Shown here in pieces: positions 38,765 through 46,371 of a stretch of DNA of 64,000 bases (the stretch's first letter is position 1; each line of letters begins with the position of its first letter). Under the pieces are notes generated by a model that had not been told where the DNA came from, made no database searches, and saw only the letters and a program-made list of their open reading frames with translations. The stretch lies in contig CAVVYZ010000001.1 of the NCBI GenBank assembly GCA_963752595.1, positions 64,001 through 128,000 on the forward strand, written 5' to 3'. Position numbers and translations under genes: made by a program. This DNA is from an uncultured delta proteobacterium (lineage in GTDB: Bacteria; Desulfobacterota; Desulfomonilia; UBA1062).

Positions 38765-40192
38765 GTGTCGAACCAGAAGACCCATCCCGAGCTGCTGGGA
38801 GGAAGATTAATCAAAACCTTCTATCAGATTGTCAATACCGTGAGGATTCATCAGGATAACAACCAGTTGATCAAGGAGTGTGTCTCACAGTTTCATAGCA
38901 TTATTGCCGACCTGACTGACGGCCAGGATGATGTAAGTATCCGGATCTGGCGGGGGAGATTCCACATTCAGGGAGAGAAGATCCTCTATCAGAGAGAGAT
39001 ATTTCACATTATCAATGAAATGGTGGAGTATTTCTCGCAAAGGGGAATCGGCGGGCTGAATTTTAAGTTTTCCGTGAACGATGTCTCACCAGAAGATATC
39101 GTAACCTTTGCACGCCTCCTCAACGATTCTATGAAATACGAGGATGCCCCTGAATGGCTGAACCGTCAACTGGGAGAGAATGGATTCTCCTGGATAGAGG
39201 TTTCCCGGAACCAGGAGGATAATCAGCAGGATCCTGATATGCGGCGGAAAGAAAAGGCCAGGCATGTCTACTTTCATGCCCTGAATATCGTAAAAGAGGT
39301 AGCCGAGAAAGCATCGAAGGGGATTGCGGGGGTCCGCAAGGCAAGACGTCTGGCCCAGACCATCGTGGATCTGGTGCAGGAAGACAATTCACTCCTGCTG
39401 GGCCTGGCAACGATCAGGGACTATGACGATTACACCTATACCCATTCGGTAAACGTGGCCCTGCTTGCCACGTGCCTGGGGAGATACGTAGGTCTGTCTC
39501 AGGTATTTCTTGAGCATCTTACGGTGTGCGGACTTTTTCATGATCTGGGAAAGGTCGGGGTAGCGAAAGAGATACTCCTGAAGCGTGGCGAACTGAACAC
39601 CGACGAGTGGGATAAAATGCGGAGGCACCCCCTTATCGGGGTGAGAAAGATCCTCAGGTTGAACGCTCCGCATTCCCTGCGATCAAGGATAATACTCGGC
39701 CCCTTTGAGCACCATCTTAATATTGACATGTCCGGATACCCCAAGACACATTTCATGAAGAAGCTGAGCCTCCTGGGGAAGATTCTGCGTATCGCCGATG
39801 TCTATGAGGCATTAACCTCGGAGCGTGTCTATCGTTCCAGGGCATTTACCCCGGATGAAGCCTTGAGGAGAATGTGGAGCGAGAGGGGAAAAAGCTTTGA
39901 TACAGTCCTGCTGAAAAGCTTTATCAATATGATGGGAATATACCCCATCGGTTCGATCGTGGAGCTGAATACCGGCGAAGTCGGCTTGGTGATGGAATAT
40001 CCGGACGAATCAGAAAAGAGCCTCCCGGTGATTGTACTCCTGACGGATGACGGCCAAGGCGGCCTGGCCAAAGGTGAAACGATCAATCTCGCAGCTCAGG
40101 GAATAGACGGCGGTCCCGCTCGAAGAAACATAGTCGGGGGCATTCATTTCTCCCGGCTCGGAATCCAGCCTTCGCTCCTCTTCCTCCAGTAA
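38765..40192 (+). CDS. HD-GYP domain protein (putative cyclic di-nucleotide phosphodiesterase)
   Basis: YTYTHSVNVA, FHDLGK, HP, EHH...SGYP and IADVYEALTSERVYR; SD AAGGAGG. Confidence 0.9.
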   Translation: MSNQKTHPELLGGRLIKTFYQIVNTVRIHQDNNQLIKECVSQFHSIIADLTDGQDDVSIRIWRGRFHIQGEKILYQREIFHIINEMVEYFSQRGIGGLNFKFSVNDVSPEDIVTFARLLNDSMKYEDAPEWLNRQLGENGFSWIEVSRNQEDNQQDPDMRRKEKARHVYFHALNIVKEVAEKASKGIAGVRKARRLAQTIVDLVQEDNSLLLGLATIRDYDDYTYTHSVNVALLATCLGRYVGLSQVFLEHLTVCGLFHDLGKVGVAKEILLKRGELNTDEWDKMRRHPLIGVRKILRLNAPHSLRSRIILGPFEHHLNIDMSGYPKTHFMKKLSLLGKILRIADVYEALTSERVYRSRAFTPDEALRRMWSERGKSFDTVLLKSFINMMGIYPIGSIVELNTGEVGLVMEYPDESEKSLPVIVLLTDDGQGGLAKGETINLAAQGIDGGPARRNIVGGIHFSRLGIQPSLLFLQ

Positions 40193-40231
40193 GCGTAAAT
40201 AAAGTACCGGTCCTCAATCAAAGGATTTTCC

Positions 40232-40317
40232 TTCTTCCTCTCCCGACCCGCTTTGCAGGTGCCCCGGAGGAGAGGGTATAGAAGAGGGGGGAAAAGAAAA
40301 AGGCTTTGTGATACCCC
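40232..40317. repeat. Intergenic palindromic repeat, copy 2
   Basis: Same 25-nt core and flanking pattern as 18736-18820; also between convergent genes. Confidence 0.85.
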
Positions 40318-40348
40318 CGCTGCTTCCGGCAGGGCACGTCATTATCTC

Positions 40349-41086
40349 TCAGGCAAGAAGCATCTTGTACCCTGCGATGACAAGTACCAGGGACAGAATT
40401 CTCTGCACGCTCAGTACCGGGAGCTCTCTGCTGCCCAGGTATGATCCCACGAGGCCTCCGGAGACGGCGGCAAGGGCAAAGGTGAATGCATATGAGGGGA
40501 TCGGATGATTCCCGCTCACGAAGCCGAGGAGACCCGAACAAGAGTTGACCAGGATGAAGAAGGCCGATACCGCCGCCGTTTCCCTGTTGCCTGCCCAGCC
40601 CATGAGAATGAGGAGCGGGCTCAAGAATATGCCGCCGCCTACGCCGATGAGACCGGACAAAAGCCCGAGGGCTGCCCCTACGGTCAGGGAAAGAGGCATG
40701 GACGGAAGACGGAGATCTTTTGTCTGCACTGCGGGGCGGGTGAAGAGCTGCACTGCCGAAAACCACAGAACGAGCACGATAAAATATTTATAAAAGGACA
40801 GAGGAAGAACGAAATAGCCCCCGATGTAGGCAAAAGGAATGGAGGTCAGGGCAAAACGCACGAAGAGAGGCCGGCGGAAATGCCCTGCTCGAAAGAACTG
40901 AACTGCAGCGATTGAAGAGACCAGGATGTTCAGCACGAGGGCCGTGGGCTTGATGACCAGCGGGGTAAGCCCGAAGAGCGTCAGGACTGCAATGTATCCC
41001 GAGGCTCCGCCATGCCCGACGCAGGAGTAGAGGGCAGCGATCATGACGATGCAGAATATCATCAAGGTCAGAGATGAAGCGTCCAT
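40349..41086 (-). CDS. Sulfite exporter TauE/SafE family membrane protein
   Basis: VGHGGASGY and GLIGVGGGIFLSP repeats; about 8 TM segments. Confidence 0.88.
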   Translation of the reverse strand: MDASSLTLMIFCIVMIAALYSCVGHGGASGYIAVLTLFGLTPLVIKPTALVLNILVSSIAAVQFFRAGHFRRPLFVRFALTSIPFAYIGGYFVLPLSFYKYFIVLVLWFSAVQLFTRPAVQTKDLRLPSMPLSLTVGAALGLLSGLIGVGGGIFLSPLLILMGWAGNRETAAVSAFFILVNSCSGLLGFVSGNHPIPSYAFTFALAAVSGGLVGSYLGSRELPVLSVQRILSLVLVIAGYKMLLA

Positions 41087-41093
41087 TGAGCGG

Positions 41094-41675
41094 TTATTTA
41101 TCCTCTACCGTATATGGGCCCTCGCCGCTGCAGGCAGGGCAGATTTGCCCGAGAACCGTACGAAACGCCTCTCCGCAGGAAGGGCACAAGGCTATCGCAG
41201 AATGCTTCTTTCCAGGGGCGGTAAGGTACGGAGATTTCACCTTTACCTTTCCGGTGCTGTAGATGTCCGTTCCCGCCCTGCGAAACTCATCAAGGATACT
41301 GTTAAGATCCTGCTCCTTCTTCGGTTTCTCCTTCAGAAACCAGGCCCGGATTGCCGGCCAGCCGCTCAGTTTGTTTGCATCGAGGTATACCCTGATTCCG
41401 TCGCCGGTGTACTTGTTGTAAAAGGAGAGCGCGTAGCGGCCCGTGTCGACGATCTTGAGCCACCGGTTGCCGATGGTGCAGGGGGTGAGAAGCTGCACTG
41501 CATCCGGCAGGCAGTGCGCTGTCTCACAGACTACATCGAAGAAATCGCCTTCGGGTAATTGCATCCTGGCAATGTCCACCATGATGCCCCCTGCGATAAT
41601 CCCAGGTGCGATACTGCCGTGGAATGCCTTGACCTTCTCAATGAAGTCTTCATACCTATAAGGGCCTATGTTCAT
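41094..41675 (-). CDS. FmdE-family protein (formylmethanofuran dehydrogenase subunit E-like)
   Basis: FHGSIAPG, CLPDAVQLLTPCTIGN and a C-terminal CPSCGE...CPAC zinc finger. Confidence 0.85.
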   Translation of the reverse strand: MNIGPYRYEDFIEKVKAFHGSIAPGIIAGGIMVDIARMQLPEGDFFDVVCETAHCLPDAVQLLTPCTIGNRWLKIVDTGRYALSFYNKYTGDGIRVYLDANKLSGWPAIRAWFLKEKPKKEQDLNSILDEFRRAGTDIYSTGKVKVKSPYLTAPGKKHSAIALCPSCGEAFRTVLGQICPACSGEGPYTVEDK

Positions 41676-41718
41676 CGAAGTTTCTCCTCCGCTAAACCCG
41701 GATTGACTCCATACAGTA

Positions 41719-42798
41719 TTATTTCATCTGGCTTACGTATTTCTCCAGCTTGCCTTTCTCGGTCAGCACCTTCATGCCCAGTTTCTGCATGGTAGGGAAC
41801 ACCTCGGGCGGTTCGGATCTTCTCACCAGCGTTATTGCCTGAGTCGGGCAGACGGAAACGCACAACCCGCAACCGATGCATTTTTCGGAAGACGGCACGG
41901 CCGTGTTTCCGGAGATATCTATCGCACCCATGGGGCAGCGATCGTCGGTGCAGATGCCGCATCCTGTGCATGCCTCTGCATCAATGCCCGCCTGGAAAGC
42001 GCTCGGCGCGAAAGCATGGGAGATTCCCAGCTGGGTATGGCAGGTGAGGATCGTGCAGCAGCAGGAACAGCAGTTGCAGATAAACCCCGGCCTGTCCACG
42101 CTGTTGTTGCTCGTGTGGACGAGCCCGGCTTGTTCCGCGAGATCGAGCACCCGGTGGGCCTCCTCCTTGCTGATTTCCCGCGCGTATTTCCGCTGAACCA
42201 GAAAGCGGCCGGTGCCATCGAAGATCAGGCACATCTCTGTGGGCTTGTCGCAAGCCTTGATGCTGACCCTGCAGGCGCATTCCCCCAGGGCGATGAAATT
42301 CACGGAATCGATGAGGCGTGCCACTTCTTCATAGGGATGCACCCTGGTAAGCGACGTGACGGATTGCTCTACGGGGATAACGCGGGCAATCGGCGTGGGT
42401 TTGCCCGAGAAAGAAGCACCCAGCGACTGCCGGTGGTACTCGTCCCAGAGCTTGCCGAGGTTGTCAAGCAGCGGTGTCCCGCTCCCTTTCATCAGGGGGA
42501 ACTCGAACAGACCCGGAATAGTCGGAAGAAGGCCGTAGGATCGCTTTCCCTCCTTTTCGCGGGCAAAGATCACGGCCTTATCCGCCATGGCCTCCAGCAT
42601 CTTTCCGGCTTCATCCTCTGGCATGCCCGCATCGGCTGCTATGGCTGAAAGCTTCCGGGGGAAGAGGGTCATGTGTACGGCAAGGGCTGCCTCTTCAGGC
42701 GTGAAGAGTAACCGGAGGATCTCGTCAAAGACCTTTGCAGGGGGTGCACCGATGGGACCGGCATCGAGTATCTGCTGCAGCCTTTCGTAATTGTCCAT
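41719..42798 (-). CDS. 4Fe-4S dicluster protein (paralog of 14831-15898)
   Basis: CACR, ICNCCSCCC, CTGCGICTDDRCP and CIGCGLCVSVCP. Confidence 0.88.
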   Translation of the reverse strand: MDNYERLQQILDAGPIGAPPAKVFDEILRLLFTPEEAALAVHMTLFPRKLSAIAADAGMPEDEAGKMLEAMADKAVIFAREKEGKRSYGLLPTIPGLFEFPLMKGSGTPLLDNLGKLWDEYHRQSLGASFSGKPTPIARVIPVEQSVTSLTRVHPYEEVARLIDSVNFIALGECACRVSIKACDKPTEMCLIFDGTGRFLVQRKYAREISKEEAHRVLDLAEQAGLVHTSNNSVDRPGFICNCCSCCCTILTCHTQLGISHAFAPSAFQAGIDAEACTGCGICTDDRCPMGAIDISGNTAVPSSEKCIGCGLCVSVCPTQAITLVRRSEPPEVFPTMQKLGMKVLTEKGKLEKYVSQMK

Positions 42799-42843
42799 AT
42801 GATATCTCCTTTTTGCAACGCTCTTTTCGCATTGCCGATTTTT

Positions 42844-45081
42844 TCAGGCTGCCTCCACCCTGCATCGTACATACCGGTGCAGCGGGGTGCCTGCGAACCT
42901 GTCGCGATAGGTGTTCCTGGTGAGGCGGTTCACATTTGCCCCAAACGCCTTGCCCTGATGAATCATGCCGAACCCGTGGGGCATGATCACCTGGCCCCTG
43001 CGGGTCGCTCCGGTCACTTCCGCCTCGATCTCCACCCGGCCTGCCTCGGTTATGACCCTGACCATCTGGCCATCGACGATGTTCAGCCCTGCGGCATCTT
43101 CCGGGTGCAAGGCCAGCGTGCAGGGCCTCCTGCCCTGGTTCCATGCCGGGTCGCGCATGAGGGTATTGGCATTCATGCTCATATGGCGGCCCGCCTGGAG
43201 GATGAGTGGAAATTCGGGATCGGGGTTAAGGGCCTTTTCTTCGGATTCAGGCTCGATGCTTTGCACCCATCCGGCCATCTCGGGGATGTGGACATTGATC
43301 CTGCCGTCTTCGGTCTGCACCGAGGCAAAATTGTTTTCTTCGTCAGCGCGGCCGATAATGATCCCTTCCGGGTGGTCGAGGATGGCCTGGAAAATCTCCT
43401 CGCCCATGAGCGGTCCCTTGGCGAAGCCTGCTGCCTGGGCCATCCTGCGGAAATCTTTGGGCGCCACCTGGAGCATGCCCCAGAGCGCGGCCAAGTTTGC
43501 AGACCCCAGTTCTTCTCCCAGGGTTTTTGCCAGCACGTACTGCATGTTGGGCAGGGCCTTGGGCTCTTCTCCTGCATATTTCATGAGCTCCATGCCGAAG
43601 GTGAGCCGGTCTTTCTTTGCAGCCTCCTTCAGGGTGTCCGGGATGGGCGGGATAAACCCGAGCTTTTCGGCGAGCATTACATGGATTTTGCTCAACTCCA
43701 TCCTCTCGCCTTCCGGTTCGACGATGGGCCTTCGCATCTGGAAATACACCTCCGGGAAGGTGAAGGCGAAGAACGTACCGTCCCAGGACTCATAGCCGGA
43801 CCGTGAAGGGAGCACGTAGTGGGAAAGGGATGCGGTCTCGGTCATGGACAGCTCGCAGGTGACCAGGAGGTCGAGCTGTTTGAACGCCTGCTCGTACGCA
43901 GTGGTATCGGCAAACGAGCGCAAGGGGTTCGACTGGCAGCACAGCACAGCCCGAAGCCGCTCGGGATGGTCGCTCATGATTTCTTCCGGCATCGCGTTGG
44001 GAGGGAATACGCCCATGAGGGCCGGGAAACCCGTGGCGACGGTGCGCCAGGTCTTGGAGTCGCGCTCGTCCGTGTGCGCGCCGATGGGCATGATCTGCCC
44101 AGGGATGACGTTGCCCCCGGGCATGCAGATCCTTCCGCAGACTGCCAGCAGAACGAGATGGAGATAGGATGCTGCGGTGCTGTGGCGGTTCATGTAAATG
44201 CCCAGATCAGGGTGCAGGCAGGATTTCCGTGTGGCGAACAGGCGGCAGACCTCCCGGACCTGGCCGTAATCGAGTTCGCAGACTTTGACCGCAGCCTGGG
44301 CATCGAAATGGGTAAACCACGGCTCGATCTCGGCAAAACCGCTCACGTGCTGCTCGATGTACTCTTTGTTGTGCCAGCCTTCCTTCAGGATGATGGCGAT
44401 CATGGCCCTGGTAAGAAGTGCATCGGTGCCGGGGCGGATGGCCAGGTGGACGTCTGCGATCTCGGCGGTCTCGGACTTTCTCGGGTCGATGACTACAAGG
44501 AGCTTGCCGGGGTCTTTAGAGAACTCCTTGAGCACGAGCGGAGCCCGGGGTATCTGGTGGCTCTGCATGCCGTTCCAGCCGATGGCCAGGATCATGTCGG
44601 ACCTGTGTTCATCGGTGACTGCATACAGGTACTGCTTTCCCGTAACGCGTCCATGGGCCCAGAAGGTGCCGGTGAGCTCCTGGGCAAGGGCATTGTAGTG
44701 GTATCGCGATCCGAGGGACCGCATGAGCCGCACGCCGAAGGCAGCCTCGAAGTGGCATCCCTGGCCGCCGCCTCCCATGTAGGCAAAGGAGCGGGGACCG
44801 TAGGCGTGGACGGTCGAACGGAGTTTTTCGGCGATCTCACTTATCGCCTGGTCCCAGGAGATGCGCTCGAATTTATCTCCCACGCGCTTTAAGGGGAAGG
44901 AGAGGCGGTCTGTATGGTGCTGATGGAAGGCGATGTTTGCCCCCTTGCGGCAGACATAACCTTTTGACCGGGGATTATCGCGGTCGCCCCTGACTTTTAC
45001 GATATGGTTGTTCTCTACAAGGACTTCCAGCCCGCAGTTTTGTGCACAGAGAACACAGCCTGTTTTATGCCATTGCCCCAT
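42844..45081 (-). CDS. Molybdopterin-dependent oxidoreductase (DMSO reductase/MopB family) catalytic subunit
   Basis: N-terminal CVLCAQNCG...CRKG 4Fe-4S motif, ISWDQA, VIDPRKSETA, IRPGTDA, MTETA and C-terminal HPEDAA...G.V.MPHG molydop-binding domain; no Tat signal. Confidence 0.92.
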   Translation of the reverse strand: MGQWHKTGCVLCAQNCGLEVLVENNHIVKVRGDRDNPRSKGYVCRKGANIAFHQHHTDRLSFPLKRVGDKFERISWDQAISEIAEKLRSTVHAYGPRSFAYMGGGGQGCHFEAAFGVRLMRSLGSRYHYNALAQELTGTFWAHGRVTGKQYLYAVTDEHRSDMILAIGWNGMQSHQIPRAPLVLKEFSKDPGKLLVVIDPRKSETAEIADVHLAIRPGTDALLTRAMIAIILKEGWHNKEYIEQHVSGFAEIEPWFTHFDAQAAVKVCELDYGQVREVCRLFATRKSCLHPDLGIYMNRHSTAASYLHLVLLAVCGRICMPGGNVIPGQIMPIGAHTDERDSKTWRTVATGFPALMGVFPPNAMPEEIMSDHPERLRAVLCCQSNPLRSFADTTAYEQAFKQLDLLVTCELSMTETASLSHYVLPSRSGYESWDGTFFAFTFPEVYFQMRRPIVEPEGERMELSKIHVMLAEKLGFIPPIPDTLKEAAKKDRLTFGMELMKYAGEEPKALPNMQYVLAKTLGEELGSANLAALWGMLQVAPKDFRRMAQAAGFAKGPLMGEEIFQAILDHPEGIIIGRADEENNFASVQTEDGRINVHIPEMAGWVQSIEPESEEKALNPDPEFPLILQAGRHMSMNANTLMRDPAWNQGRRPCTLALHPEDAAGLNIVDGQMVRVITEAGRVEIEAEVTGATRRGQVIMPHGFGMIHQGKAFGANVNRLTRNTYRDRFAGTPLHRYVRCRVEAA

Positions 45082-45176
45082 TGTATTTTCCCTCCCCGAA
45101 GGAATCTGTGTATCCGGTTCATGCCCTTTATATCCCCGGTTATTCTAAAAAGGGTTATACAAAGGGCATGGATGTA

Positions 45177-45758
45177 TTATTTCAAAATGCGTTCAAACAC
45201 CATTCGCTTGAAGATCTGTAACGGCTCAGTGCTTTTCGCGAGCTTCATATGCATAATGGCCCCTTCCCAGGCGTTGAGGATGAACTGGGCTGCCTCAGCC
45301 GGATCGATGTCAACGGAGACATCTCCCCGGCTTCTTGCCTGCACGATGCACTGTTCAAGAAAGCCTATCATGCTGGAATAGACATCTCCGACCTTTGCCC
45401 TGAAATCCTCGCTAAGGTCGCTCATTTCCTGCATCAGGTTGCCGATGGGGCAACCGCGACGCAAATCCATCTTTTCAAAAAGGTCCCGGTAGGCATCCAT
45501 GAAATTGGAAAGCCTTTCCAGGGGAGGTATGCTCGCATCGAGCAGATATGCCACACCCATGCCCCGGATGAATTCCCGGTAGTAGTCGATGACGGCCAGG
45601 CCGAAGTCATCCTTGCTTTTGAAGTAGAAATAGAACGAGCCCTTGGGTACGCCTGCTCCGGCGAGGATATCGGAGAGGCCCGTATTATTGTATCCTTTTG
45701 CATGGACGAGGCGGGCGCCTTCCCTGATGATGGTGTGTCTGGTAGCGTCTTTTGCCAT
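45177..45758 (-). CDS. TetR/AcrR family regulator (NemR/LmrA-like)
   Basis: KGYNNTGLSDILAGAGVPKGSFYFYFKSK HTH, GCPIGNL and WEGA. Confidence 0.92.
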   Translation of the reverse strand: MAKDATRHTIIREGARLVHAKGYNNTGLSDILAGAGVPKGSFYFYFKSKDDFGLAVIDYYREFIRGMGVAYLLDASIPPLERLSNFMDAYRDLFEKMDLRRGCPIGNLMQEMSDLSEDFRAKVGDVYSSMIGFLEQCIVQARSRGDVSVDIDPAEAAQFILNAWEGAIMHMKLAKSTEPLQIFKRMVFERILK

Positions 45759-45780
45759 AAAAAATCCCTTTTATGACGCA

Positions 45781-45810
45781 ATATTAGACCGGTCGTCTAG
45801 TATAAGTCAA
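45781..45810 (-). promoter_or_regulatory. Sigma70-type promoter with an overlapping TetR/NemR-type palindromic operator
   Basis: Minus-strand TTGACT (45810-45805), 18-nt spacer, TAATAT (45786-45781). The inverted repeat TAGAC-CGGTC-GTCTA at 45785-45799 resembles the NemR-type TAGACC box. Confidence 0.75.
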
Positions 45811-46080
45811 GTGCTTTCCATCTCTTTTTCAGGTCAGGGTCGAAATTGGTTTTCCCGCAGGGGGCAAGGATATTCAGGATTTCGCATACCTGTGTCTTCC
45901 GATCGGCCGGATTTCTTTATGACTATACAGCAGATGATTGCTTTTTGAGGAGCTGTTCCTTAAAAAGCTCTCTTATTCGCTGATTCTTCCCTGAAAAATC
46001 ATGAGAAATCATGATGATTGACGGTTGTCCCTCATGGTGCGAATCACAGTAACTTCCGGCGATTTTCAGTATAAAAATTC

Positions 46081-46109
46081 TTGACACTGGTGGGGAGCTA
46101 TTGTATGGT
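46081..46109 (+). promoter_or_regulatory. Sigma70-type promoter upstream of hppA
   Basis: TTGACA-17 nt-TATGGT. Confidence 0.55.
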
Positions 46110-46371
46110 TTCATGGGCTGAATGATGATTCACTCATGAGACAAAAACTAATTATCCTTTACCATTATATGTGAGCATGCGGATGTTTTTACTGAATACA
46201 CATAGAGTGAATTTTGAGAGTGAGGTTAAAGCCGTTCCTTGCTCAAGCCTGTTCGAGGTCGGAATAAATTTTGGAAGGTAAGATACTAGTCGTTGCTTGT
46301 TCCTTTGGTGTTTCTTAAGCCTTTGGAATAAGCACTAATGTATCAATCGACCAATAAACAAGGAGATTGAA

